This document shows positions 19,249 through 28,439 of a DNA stretch of 64,000 nt, in pieces; the first letter of the stretch is position 1; each line of letters begins with the position of its first letter. Location of the stretch: contig CAYMJT010000001.1 in assembly GCA_964390775.1 (NCBI GenBank), forward strand, positions 21,199 through 85,198, in the 5' to 3' direction. Position numbers and translations under genes: made by a program. The stretch comes from an uncultured Bordetella sp. GTDB taxonomy: Bacteria; Pseudomonadota; Gammaproteobacteria; Burkholderiales; Burkholderiaceae_C. The notes beneath the pieces are model-generated. The model saw only the letters and a program-made list of their open reading frames with translations, was not told the DNA's origin and made no database searches.

Positions 19249-20614
19249 CGCTGATTTCATGCGTCTGGCCTTGGCGCAAGCCCACCTAGCCCAGGCTCAA
19301 GGCGAGGTACCTGTGGGTGCGGTGCTGGTCAAAGACGGACAAGTCATTGCCCAGGCCTGCAATGCCCCCATCGCCCGACACGACCCCTGCGCCCATGCTG
19401 AGATCATGGCCTTGCGCGAGGCTGCGCAAGCCTTGGGGAATTATCGGCTGGATGACTGCGAGTTGTTTGTGACGCTCGAGCCCTGTCCGATGTGTGCCGG
19501 TGCCATATTGCACTCGCGTCTGAAACGGGTGGTATATGGTGCCCGCGATCCCAAGACCGGAGCCGCTGGTTCGGTGTTGAATTTGTTCGAAATGCCGACC
19601 CTGAACCACCAGACCCAGTGCCAAGGCGATGTGTTGGGGCAAGAGTGCGCCGATCTGCTGAAATCTTTTTTTCAGGCGCGACGCAGCAAAGCCTGGCCGC
19701 TGCGCGATGACGCGGTACGCCCCCCCGAGGACGCTTTTATGAACCTGCCGGGCTTCCCCTGGCAGCCCCACTACATCAACGACCTGCCAGCGCTGGCGGG
19801 CTTGCGCATGCACTACCTCGACGAGGGACCTCGCGACGCCCCTGTGACCTGGTTGTGCCTGCACGGCAACCCGGCCTGGAGTTACTTATACCGTCGCATG
19901 TTGCCGGTTTGGTTGGCGGCGGGACACCGGGTGGTGGCCCCCGACATGCCCGGTTTTGGCAAAAGCGATCAACCCAAAAAGACCAGTGCCCATACCTTTG
20001 ATTGGCATCGCGAGGTGCTGTTGCAATTCGTCGAGCGCATGGATCTGCAAGCTGTGAATCTGGTCGTGCAGGATTGGGGCGGATTGCTGGGATTGACTTT
20101 GCCCATGGCGGCTCCTCAGCGTTATTTAGGCTTGTTGGTCATGAACACCACCTTGGCCACCGGCGAGCAGCCACTGTCTGCGGGTTTTTTGGCTTGGCGC
20201 GAGATGTGCGCGAACCAGCCGAATTTTTCGGTTTCAAGACTCTTCGCACGTGGCAACCCACACATGAGCGCCGCCGAATGTTTGGCCTACGATGCCCCCT
20301 TCCCCGATGCGGGGCACCGCGCCGCTCTCAGGGCGTTTCCGCCCATGGTGCCCGAACACTTGGACAGCCCCGGGGCGGCGATATCGCGTCAGGCCCAAGC
20401 CTTTTGGCGCGAACAATGGTCGGGGCGCACGCTGATGGCCGTGGGGGCCCAAGACCCCGTGCTGGGGCCGCCTGTGATGCAGGCACTGGCCGCAAAAATT
20501 CGTCACTGTCCTGATCCCATGGTCATTGAGGGGGCAGGACATTTTGTGCAAGAACATGGCGAGGCCATCGCCCGACGGGCTTTGCAGGTGTGTTGTGATG
20601 GATTTGGCTCATGA
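19241..20614 (+). CDS. tadA: tRNA adenosine(34) deaminase fused to a C-terminal haloalkane dehalogenase-like alpha/beta hydrolase
   Basis: N-terminal GEVPVGAV, HAE, NYRL, TLEPCPMC; C-terminal HYLDEGP, LHGNP, VQDWGG, AYDAPFPD, GAQDPVLG, GHFVQE; no stop at the junction. Confidence 0.9.
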   Translation: MDDADFMRLALAQAHLAQAQGEVPVGAVLVKDGQVIAQACNAPIARHDPCAHAEIMALREAAQALGNYRLDDCELFVTLEPCPMCAGAILHSRLKRVVYGARDPKTGAAGSVLNLFEMPTLNHQTQCQGDVLGQECADLLKSFFQARRSKAWPLRDDAVRPPEDAFMNLPGFPWQPHYINDLPALAGLRMHYLDEGPRDAPVTWLCLHGNPAWSYLYRRMLPVWLAAGHRVVAPDMPGFGKSDQPKKTSAHTFDWHREVLLQFVERMDLQAVNLVVQDWGGLLGLTLPMAAPQRYLGLLVMNTTLATGEQPLSAGFLAWREMCANQPNFSVSRLFARGNPHMSAAECLAYDAPFPDAGHRAALRAFPPMVPEHLDSPGAAISRQAQAFWREQWSGRTLMAVGAQDPVLGPPVMQALAAKIRHCPDPMVIEGAGHFVQEHGEAIARRALQVCCDGFGS

Positions 20615-21543
20615 GTGATCTCTATATCTACTCGCCCAGCGGTGCGGTGCGCGATCGTGCGGCATTCAAAAGGGGACTGGCTTTTCTAAAACGTGCGGGT
20701 CACACCGTTCGAGTGGACCCCGCCGCCTTGAATTCCGACACCCGATTTGCGGGCACTGACCTAGAGCGCTTGGAAGCGATCGAGCGGGCGGCTCGCTCAG
20801 GTGCCGATGCCACCCTGATTTCCAGGGGCGGTTATGGCTTGACTCGTTTGCTGCCCAATTTGCCCTACACCGCGATTCGGCAATCCATTGATCGGGGCAT
20901 GCATTGGTTTGGTTTTAGCGATTTCACCGCTTTTCAACTGGCTGTGCTGGCACGCACGGGCCGTGTGACCTGGGCAGGCCCTGCCTTGTGTGACAGTTTT
21001 GGAGTTAACGCAGACTCGGGGGTCGATGACATCACATACGACTGTTTCAACGATGTGTTGAGTGAGCAAGGCGAGGGCACTGGTTGGCGCATGGGTCTCA
21101 AAGCCGCTCGGGGGCTGATGTCGCGCAAATCGGGAATTTGGGCCAGAAATGCCCAACTGTGGGGCGGTAATCTGACTGTGTTGTGCAGTTTGTTGGGGAC
21201 CAACTACTTTCCCAAGATCAGGGGCGGCGTGCTGTTTTTAGAAGATGTGGGCGAACATCCGTACCGCATAGAACGACTACTCAGTCAGCTATTGCATGCG
21301 GGTGTGCTGGCTCAGCAAAAGGCCATTATTTTGGGACAGTTCACCGAATATCGACTGACCGAGCACGACCAGCGTTTTGGGATGCCCACGGTGCTCGACT
21401 GGTTGCGCTCTCAGCTCAAAGCACCGATTCTGACTGATCTGCCCTTTGGCCATGTGGCCACCCGCGTCAGCCTGCCCGTGGGAGCTCGGGTGGATTTGCT
21501 GGTTGAGGGCCGTGATGTGATGATGGTGTGGGGCCATCTTTAA
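20611..21543 (+). CDS. ldcA: Muramoyltetrapeptide LD-carboxypeptidase (S66)
   Basis: SPSG, RFAGTD, RGGYG, GFSDFT, GGNL, LEDVGEHPYRIER, PFGH. Confidence 0.92.
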   Translation: MSDLYIYSPSGAVRDRAAFKRGLAFLKRAGHTVRVDPAALNSDTRFAGTDLERLEAIERAARSGADATLISRGGYGLTRLLPNLPYTAIRQSIDRGMHWFGFSDFTAFQLAVLARTGRVTWAGPALCDSFGVNADSGVDDITYDCFNDVLSEQGEGTGWRMGLKAARGLMSRKSGIWARNAQLWGGNLTVLCSLLGTNYFPKIRGGVLFLEDVGEHPYRIERLLSQLLHAGVLAQQKAIILGQFTEYRLTEHDQRFGMPTVLDWLRSQLKAPILTDLPFGHVATRVSLPVGARVDLLVEGRDVMMVWGHL

Positions 21544-21610
21544 GCAAGCTCTGCTTCACTTTGATCGTCTGCGCACAATGCCCTTCGTCAAAACGATGCG
21601 ATCATGAGTC

Positions 21611-21645
21611 TTGCCTCGATTCTGGTTTATGCAATATAATGCATA
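21611..21645 (+). promoter_or_regulatory. Sigma70-like promoter (TTGCCT-N18-TATAAT) overlapped by the palindrome TATGCA-N6-TGCATA
   Basis: TTGCCT 21611-21616, TATAAT 21635-21640, inverted repeat 21628-21645, upstream of the aldehyde dehydrogenase. Confidence 0.55.
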
Positions 21646-21681
21646 TTATTCGATGGTGTGCAATTTAATTCAGGAGACGAG

Positions 21682-23109
21682 ATGAAGGCCTACGATTCCC
21701 ACTATATCAACGGCGCATGGGTCAAGGCGCAGTCCAACCAGACTTTTTGGGTCCACGATTCAAGCACCGAAGAGGTCATTGCCACGGTGCCGCAGGGCAG
21801 TGCAGCCGAGGCCGAGCAAGCGGTCTTGGCCGCCCGTGCAGCCTTTGACGCATGGTCGCAGACCCCGCTGGAGCAACGCTGTGCCCTGATTGACAAGGTG
21901 GTTGAAGGGCTTAAGGCCCGCGCCGAAGAAATGGCCGTGGCCATTGCCCGCGAAGTCGGCATGCCGATCAAGCTATCGCGCATGGTACAAGTAGGCGGTC
22001 CAGTGTTCAACTGGGGCAATGCGGCCAAGCAGGCACGCCGTTTTCAGTGGGAAGAGCAGGTGGGTCACTCCTTGGTCGTGCGTGAACCGGTGGGGGTGGT
22101 GGGCTGCATCACACCTTGGAATTTTCCGCTCAATCAAATCACCCTCAAAGTCGCCCCCGCATTGGCCGCGGGCTGTACGGTGGTGCTCAAACCCAGTGAA
22201 ATTGCCCCCATCAACGCCATGATCCTTGCTGAGATCATTCACGAAGCAGGCTTTCCACCGGGCGTGTTCAATTTGGTCAATGGCTCGGGTCCGGTGGTGG
22301 GTGAGGTTTTGTCCAGCCATCCCGAGGTGGATATGGTCAGCTTCACAGGCTCAACCCGCGCGGGGAAGCGGGTCGGTGAATTGGCTTCTCAATCCATCAA
22401 GCGCGTCGCTCTCGAGTTGGGCGGCAAGTCGGCCAGTGTCATATTGCCCGACGCTGACCTTGCCGCTGCGGTCAAGGGTAGCGTCTCGGCTTGTATGCTC
22501 AACAGCGGCCAAACCTGTTCGGCTCACACCCGAATGTTGGTTCCAGCCGATCAACTGGAGCAGGCCAAAGCCATGGCCGCCGCCGCAATCGCCAAGCTGA
22601 CCCTGGGCCCCAGTCTGGATGAGAACACCCGCTTAGGCCCCTTGGTCAGCGCAGCGCAGCGCGATCGGGTGCTGAGCTTCATCGAGCTGGGCATAGAGGA
22701 GGGGGCCGAGTTGGTGGCTGGCGGAGCCGAGCGACCAGCCATCGAAAATGGTTACTTTGTCCAGCCTACGGTGCTGGTGGTAGAGCCAGAACATACCTTG
22801 GCTCGGGAGGAAATCTTTGGGCCTGTGCTGGTCATCATCGCCTACCGTGATGAGGAAGACGCGATCCGCATCGCCAACGATACGATTTATGGACTGGGTG
22901 GTGGGGTGTGGAGCCAGGACGAGGCGCGCGCCATCCGCGTGGCGCGTCGAATACGCACCGGGCAAGTCGATATCAATGGTGCGCCGTTTAACAGCAATGC
23001 CCCGTTTGGTGGATACAAACAGTCGGGCCATGGCCGCGAAAACGGTAAATTCGGACTGGACGAGTTCTTGGAATACAAGTCCCTACAACTCAAACCGACT
23101 GAGAAATAA
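21682..23109 (+). CDS. NAD(P)-dependent aldehyde dehydrogenase
   Basis: [53 protein letters not shown] before ATG 21682. Confidence 0.95.
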   Translation: MKAYDSHYINGAWVKAQSNQTFWVHDSSTEEVIATVPQGSAAEAEQAVLAARAAFDAWSQTPLEQRCALIDKVVEGLKARAEEMAVAIAREVGMPIKLSRMVQVGGPVFNWGNAAKQARRFQWEEQVGHSLVVREPVGVVGCITPWNFPLNQITLKVAPALAAGCTVVLKPSEIAPINAMILAEIIHEAGFPPGVFNLVNGSGPVVGEVLSSHPEVDMVSFTGSTRAGKRVGELASQSIKRVALELGGKSASVILPDADLAAAVKGSVSACMLNSGQTCSAHTRMLVPADQLEQAKAMAAAAIAKLTLGPSLDENTRLGPLVSAAQRDRVLSFIELGIEEGAELVAGGAERPAIENGYFVQPTVLVVEPEHTLAREEIFGPVLVIIAYRDEEDAIRIANDTIYGLGGGVWSQDEARAIRVARRIRTGQVDINGAPFNSNAPFGGYKQSGHGRENGKFGLDEFLEYKSLQLKPTEK

Positions 23110-23113
23110 GCTG

Positions 23114-23137
23114 AGGGAAGTTTTGCAGCGCTTCCCT
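23114..23137. terminator. Hairpin between convergent ALDH and PhyH genes
   Basis: AGGGAAG-N10-CTTCCCT; no clear U-tract. Confidence 0.3.
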
Positions 23138-23167
23138 GGGCCTGATGCACAGGCCCAGAACCGGCTG

Positions 23168-23986
23168 TCATGGGTTTGGATGCCCGATCTGGAAGTCATT
23201 TAGCCCAGTTTCATCGCGCCCTCGCAGCAACCAAAGAGGCCGGGTGGCGAATTGGACCGGAACACCTGTTTTGCCATCGACTGGCTTGAGGCTGCGATCA
23301 AAGAGTGAGCTGGCGGGCATATAGCGCAGCGCCACGCCAGTGCGCCTTTGGGTCGAAGTATTGGGTTTGGCCCCATGGATCATGTAGACATCGTGCATGG
23401 ACATTTGTCCCGGCTCCAGTTCGATCTCCACGGCTTCTTGCTCTGCAAAGCTACCGTCTTGCATGCGCTGTTGCAGGGTCAGGTCGTCGCGGTCTTCGTG
23501 CAGATGGGGGTGTAAGACTTTGTCGCGGTGGGAGCCTGGAATGACGCGCAAGCACCCGTTGGCACGGTTGCTGGGCTCTAGAGCCACCCAAACGGTACAA
23601 GTGGCCAGTGGACGGATGGGCCAATAGTGGCCGTCTTGGTGCCAAGGGGTTTCATAGCCCTCTTCGGGTGGCTTGCAAAAAACATGGCAACCCCAAAGGA
23701 TGATATTGGGTCCGATCAGGTCTTCAACCATATCCACAATGGCCGGGTGCATGGCCAAGTCCAGAAAGCGGCGACTGCCTTTGACACCTTCGCCATTGTC
23801 ACCCTGGATGTGCGCGCTGACGAGTTTCTCTGGGCGCACACCCGGATTGTTGCGTATCAACTCGTCCAAGGCCTGTTGCAAGTCATGCAAAAGGTCGATG
23901 GGCAAACGATAGGGCGGTACCAGCCAACCCGTTTGGCGATAGCGCTCAATCAGAAGGGGGCTTAAACGATGCGCAGCCGTGTTCAT
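23168..23986 (-). CDS. Phytanoyl-CoA dioxygenase (PhyH) family Fe(II)/2-oxoglutarate dioxygenase
   Basis: WHQD (HxD), TVWVAL, NGCLRVIPGSH, HGAKPN..RR. Confidence 0.9.
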   Translation of the reverse strand: MNTAAHRLSPLLIERYRQTGWLVPPYRLPIDLLHDLQQALDELIRNNPGVRPEKLVSAHIQGDNGEGVKGSRRFLDLAMHPAIVDMVEDLIGPNIILWGCHVFCKPPEEGYETPWHQDGHYWPIRPLATCTVWVALEPSNRANGCLRVIPGSHRDKVLHPHLHEDRDDLTLQQRMQDGSFAEQEAVEIELEPGQMSMHDVYMIHGAKPNTSTQRRTGVALRYMPASSLFDRSLKPVDGKTGVPVQFATRPLWLLRGRDETGLNDFQIGHPNP

Positions 23987-25038
23987 GACAGCCGTTGCCC
24001 GCTCTGGCCGTCAAACAAATGAATCTTATCAGTGGCTATGCCCAAATGAACCCGATCGTCCGGACCGACCTGCGGTCTGCCGTGGGTGACCAGCGTCATG
24101 GTCTGGTCACCGACGCGCACCAACAACTCGGTTTCGGCTCCAGTGGGTTCGACCACCACCACCTTGGCCTCAACCCCTTGATCGCTCAGCACCAGATCGG
24201 TGGGCCGTATTCCGTAGTGCAAGGTCTGACCTTGCAGGCCTTGAGCCGAGGCTGGCAGCGGCCATGATTGCCCCAGTGCATGAAGAACACCGCCTTCGAC
24301 CACGCCTTTGACCAGGTTCATGGCAGGAGAGCCGATGAATTGAGCGACAAAGAGGTTGCAGGGGCGATCGAACAGTTCCAGTGGGGTGCCGATTTGCTCG
24401 ATGATGCCGTCGTGCATGACCACAATGCGATCGGCCATGGTCATGGCTTCGATCTGATCGTGGGTCACATACACAGTGGTGGTTTTCAGACGCTGGTGCA
24501 AGGCCTTGATTTCGGCCCGCATGGCGACGCGTAACTTGGCATCCAGGTTGGACAGCGGTTCGTCAAACAAAAACACCTTCGGGTCGCGCACGATGGCTCG
24601 CCCCATGGCCACGCGCTGGCGTTGACCGCCTGACAATTCCCGCGGATAACGATCGAGCAAGTTATCCAGATTCAAGATGCGCGCCGCATGAGTCACTCGC
24701 TCCAGGATGGTGGCTGCCTTTTCCTTGCGCAATCTGAGCGAAAAACCCATGTTATCGCGCACCGTCATGTGCGGATAAAGGGCATAACTCTGGAACACCA
24801 TGGCAATATCGCGGTCCTTGGACTCCAAATGATTGATCACCTGCTGGTCGATTTTGATTTCACCAGCGGTAATGTCTTCCAGACCCGCCAACATGCGCAA
24901 CAGGGTCGATTTACCGCAACCCGAGGGCCCCACCAGGACGACGAACTCACCCGAGTGAATATCGAAGCTGATGCCATGGATGACCTTGACCTTCTGGCCA
25001 TACACCTTTTCGATTTGATGGAATGAAACGGATGACAT
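23983..25038 (-). CDS. Carbohydrate ABC transporter ATP-binding protein (MalK/UgpC family)
   Basis: GPSGCGKST, LSGGQRQRVAMGR, DEPLSNLDAKLR, VTHDQ. Confidence 0.95.
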   Translation of the reverse strand: MSSVSFHQIEKVYGQKVKVIHGISFDIHSGEFVVLVGPSGCGKSTLLRMLAGLEDITAGEIKIDQQVINHLESKDRDIAMVFQSYALYPHMTVRDNMGFSLRLRKEKAATILERVTHAARILNLDNLLDRYPRELSGGQRQRVAMGRAIVRDPKVFLFDEPLSNLDAKLRVAMRAEIKALHQRLKTTTVYVTHDQIEAMTMADRIVVMHDGIIEQIGTPLELFDRPCNLFVAQFIGSPAMNLVKGVVEGGVLHALGQSWPLPASAQGLQGQTLHYGIRPTDLVLSDQGVEAKVVVVEPTGAETELLVRVGDQTMTLVTHGRPQVGPDDRVHLGIATDKIHLFDGQSGQRLS

Positions 25039-25049
25039 TCAGGCTTCCT

Positions 25050-25892
25050 TTAGCTTTTGACGGCGCCGGCGGTCAACCCGGACACCATGTATCGTTTGAA
25101 TGCGTAATAGATGGCGGCAGGGGGCAGGGCATAAATCAGGCCCGTGGCCATGAGCAGCTCCCAGGGTGAGTCATCGGCCTGCAAAAAATTGCCCAAGGCC
25201 ACCGCCAAGGTCAGGTTCTCATCGCGGGACAAAAGCAAGAACGCGTACAGATACTCGTTCCATGCCAGCAGCAGGGCATAGGTGCCCACGGCGACCAAAG
25301 AAGGCGTCATCAGGGGCAAATACACCAGCCGAAACAATTGCAAAGGGCTGGCCCCGTCGATCCGGGCGGCCTCATCGAGTTCGAATGGCAATTTATCGCT
25401 GGCCTGTTTGAGCACCCAAATGCAATATGGCGAGGCGATGGTCACCATGGCCAGAATCAGCGCCCATTGGTTGTTGAGCAAACCATACAAACCCATGGTC
25501 TTGTACATGGGGACGGCCAAAAAAGCGGCGGGTATGAAGTAGGTGAATAAAGCCATGTTCATCACCGTGCGGCCTGACTTGAGCTTGAGTCGGCTGATGG
25601 CAAAAGCGGCGCAGGTGGAAACAAACAGGGTCAGGGCGCCGACGGTGACCGCAATCAGCACCGAGTTCCAGATTTGATCCCAAAAATGGTTCAAGTAAAA
25701 ATGCTTTTTGGCAAAAGCGATTTCAAAATTTTGCAGAGTCGGGTGGTCGGGCCACAGCTTGCCCGAGGTGCCTTCGTCTTTGGGTGAAAAGGCAAACAAG
25801 GCCAAGTGATAAATGGGCAGCAAGGTCCAAATCAGCACGGGGATACCAATCAGCCAAAGCCGGGCTTCGCGGGTGACGGTCTGAATTTTCAT
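25050..25892 (-). CDS. Carbohydrate ABC transporter permease (MalG-like)
   Basis: EAARIDGAS, AWNEYL, GLTAGAVKS; start ATG 25892 overlaps the upstream stop. Confidence 0.92.
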   Translation of the reverse strand: MKIQTVTREARLWLIGIPVLIWTLLPIYHLALFAFSPKDEGTSGKLWPDHPTLQNFEIAFAKKHFYLNHFWDQIWNSVLIAVTVGALTLFVSTCAAFAISRLKLKSGRTVMNMALFTYFIPAAFLAVPMYKTMGLYGLLNNQWALILAMVTIASPYCIWVLKQASDKLPFELDEAARIDGASPLQLFRLVYLPLMTPSLVAVGTYALLLAWNEYLYAFLLLSRDENLTLAVALGNFLQADDSPWELLMATGLIYALPPAAIYYAFKRYMVSGLTAGAVKS

Positions 25893-26770
25893 TTGGACAA
25901 GCGTTTCATCATGAAATACACCAGGGGCAACACCAGTGGCAGGGCCACCACGATGGAGGCCATGGCCAAATCCACCTGATCCAACCTCAGGTAGCGGATG
26001 CCCAGGGTCGCCAGCACATGGGTCAGATCGGCGGGTCCGCCACCCGTGAGCAGATAAACGCTGTTGAAGTCGCCCAAGGTCCAAATGGCTGACAAAATGG
26101 TCGATGTCAGGTACAGGCTGCGCATCGAGGGCCAGGTGATGTAGCGGAATTTTTGCCAACGCGTGGCACCGTCGACCGAAGCTGCCTCGTATTGCTCGGT
26201 GGGTATGGCCATGCGACCCGCCATCAGAATCAGGGTCCAAAAGGGCAATGATTTCCAGATGTGCATCAACATCGAAAAACTCAAGCCCAGGGTCGGGTCA
26301 TTGAGCCAATTCGGGCCGTCGAGTCCCGTCCACCGAAAAATGGCACTGTTGATCACCCCCCACTCAGGGTTGAGCATGAAGCGCACCGATAAGATGGTCG
26401 GAATCGAGGGCACTGCCCAAGGCAGGATGAAGATCACCGACAAAATCTTGATCCACCAGCGATCGTGGATGAAAAATCCAGACAGCGCCAGGGCCACCAT
26501 CATTTTCAGGTTGATGGCCACAGCCAAAAAGATCAGGGTGTTGATCAGAGTCCGAAAAAAGATCGGGTCGGCCAGCAGGGCCTCGTAACTCGACGGATGG
26601 CGGGCCAGCCAGAGTCCATATCCCACTGGATAGAGCACAAAAACGAGAAAAATCAGCAAATAGGGCACAACCATCAGTCGAGCCCAAAAAACCCAGGGTG
26701 ACAGGCCTGGGTTAGGGGAGCTTGCAAGGGCGATGTTCATGAGCGTAGGGCGAGGCACGATCGCCTGCAT
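25889..26770 (-). CDS. Carbohydrate ABC transporter permease (MalF-like)
   Basis: LPWAVPS, WKSLPF, YEAASVDGA; start uncertain (26776/26770/26740). Confidence 0.92.
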   Translation of the reverse strand: MQAIVPRPTLMNIALASSPNPGLSPWVFWARLMVVPYLLIFLVFVLYPVGYGLWLARHPSSYEALLADPIFFRTLINTLIFLAVAINLKMMVALALSGFFIHDRWWIKILSVIFILPWAVPSIPTILSVRFMLNPEWGVINSAIFRWTGLDGPNWLNDPTLGLSFSMLMHIWKSLPFWTLILMAGRMAIPTEQYEAASVDGATRWQKFRYITWPSMRSLYLTSTILSAIWTLGDFNSVYLLTGGGPADLTHVLATLGIRYLRLDQVDLAMASIVVALPLVLPLVYFMMKRLSK

Positions 26771-26781
26771 GTCCAAACAGA

Positions 26782-26802
26782 GGGCGGGAGTGTGACCCGC
26801 CC
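26782..26802 (-). terminator. Intercistronic hairpin after the substrate-binding protein gene (partial terminator or mRNA stabiliser)
   Basis: GGGCGGG-N7-CCCGCCC followed by TCTGTTT on the minus strand. Confidence 0.5.
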
Positions 26803-26812
26803 CCGATGTCGA

Positions 26813-28201
26813 TCAATTGCCAGCCACTTCCTTGATGCGGGCAATCATCTCGTCGACAGCTTTTTCCAGCGGCACTTTTTCGTTCAGGTGCCGGTTCATG
26901 GCCTTGGCCCAAACGTTTTCGTTGTTGATCACAGTGAACTTGAAGTTCTTGGTGAATTCAAACGGGGTGGTGCCGTTCATGAACTGGTTGTAGACCGCCA
27001 GACGGTGCGAATCGCCCTTCCAGAAGGGACTTTGTTGCCCTTGTTTTGTCACCGGGAACCAACGCCCCAGCGAACCCTCGACATAGGGAGTCAGATTGGC
27101 GTCTTCCAGCATGAAGGCGACAAACTTTTTGGCGTCGGCCTTGTTCTTGGCGTCTTTGAAGATGACACCTGTCTTGACTGCAGCGCGGTAGGTCATCTTG
27201 CTGCCGTCGGGTTTGTTGGGGAAACCGGCGGTGGCGATGTTTTGGGTGTAGTTTTTCTTGGCCACGTCACGTTGCTCAGCGGTCAAGGCAGTGTTGTTCA
27301 TGTCGTCGAGCCACTTGGCGGCGATCGAAATGGTCGCATTGTGGGTCATGACGATGGTCTTGTTGTGGAACGCCACGTTATTGTCCGGATCTTTCCAGCT
27401 TGTCGAAGACGGCGGTGTGCAGCCCTTGCTGTAGACCGCGGTGTAATCGCGCATGGCATTGATCAGGCCTTGCCGCACAGCAGGGTCATCGACCAGCAAC
27501 TTGCCCGAATCGTTGACCAGGCGCACGTTGTAGGCGTCGACAAAGGTCAGGAATGAATAAAAGGCGTCACTCGAGTCGACGCCCATGGGAAAGCCGGTAC
27601 CAAAGCCGCGCTTACCGCTTTTTTGTCGATAGGCGTTTTGGACCTTGGTACACCAGAAGTCCCAGTATTCGTCCCACTTGGTCGGAATATCCTTGTCGCT
27701 GAACCCGGCCTCGGCCAGCATGTCCTTCCAATACTGGATGTGCATGGTCTGCTGCTTGATCGGGTAGGCGTAGTAGGCCCGCTTTTTGTCAGCGTTGTTA
27801 AAGAGGAAGGTGGTGGACAGGGCATTGGGTTCGAAATTGTTGCGTACCTTGTCGATCACGCTGCTGATGTCTTCAAGCTTTCCGTCGTAGGCCCACTTGG
27901 CGGTGACCTGAAAGTCGTAAACGTCAGAATAGGCGACATCGGGGGGCGAACCCGAGTCCAAGGCGGCCACGGTTTTGGGGATGGTGTCTTGTATCGGGTA
28001 CTGCGACAGCTCGATTTTGATGTCCTTGTTTTTGGCCTCAAATTTCTTGATGGCTTCAAACAGGGCGTCGTCCTCGGCTTTGTAAAAGCCCTTGACCCAC
28101 CACACGGTGAGTTTGCGTTGCTGCTGAGCTTGTGAGGGCAGAGCGGCGGCCAGCAGGCCGGTAAGCACCAGTGCGCCCACTCCAAGGGTTTTGAATTTCA
28201 T
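26813..28201 (-). CDS. Carbohydrate ABC transporter substrate-binding protein
   Basis: Signal peptide, SBP_bac_1-like sequence, GGAG RBS, first gene of the ABC operon. Confidence 0.9.
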   Translation of the reverse strand: MKFKTLGVGALVLTGLLAAALPSQAQQQRKLTVWWVKGFYKAEDDALFEAIKKFEAKNKDIKIELSQYPIQDTIPKTVAALDSGSPPDVAYSDVYDFQVTAKWAYDGKLEDISSVIDKVRNNFEPNALSTTFLFNNADKKRAYYAYPIKQQTMHIQYWKDMLAEAGFSDKDIPTKWDEYWDFWCTKVQNAYRQKSGKRGFGTGFPMGVDSSDAFYSFLTFVDAYNVRLVNDSGKLLVDDPAVRQGLINAMRDYTAVYSKGCTPPSSTSWKDPDNNVAFHNKTIVMTHNATISIAAKWLDDMNNTALTAEQRDVAKKNYTQNIATAGFPNKPDGSKMTYRAAVKTGVIFKDAKNKADAKKFVAFMLEDANLTPYVEGSLGRWFPVTKQGQQSPFWKGDSHRLAVYNQFMNGTTPFEFTKNFKFTVINNENVWAKAMNRHLNEKVPLEKAVDEMIARIKEVAGN

Positions 28202-28439
28202 GCATCGTCTCCAAAGTGATTTTCATAACACGACCCAAACCCCGCAGGCCAGCGATACTGGTCCGTTTGGGGGAATGGATGTTATCAGTTTGAATTCGAA
28301 AAACCGAGGGCCGAATCGGGACAAACCCTTGACCGTCGCTTTTTCATCCATGCGCTGGCTGGTGGGGGCCTCAGCGATTGGGCGTGGCAAGGTAATATGT
28401 CGGCCTGTTTTCAGGATTTGCTGAAGGAGAAAGTGCCTC

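Noticed and set aside
28234..28271. Hairpin CCCAAAC...GTTTGGG in the 5' region of the sugar SBP gene considered as a riboswitch
   Set aside because: No recognisable riboswitch consensus; a single imperfect stem
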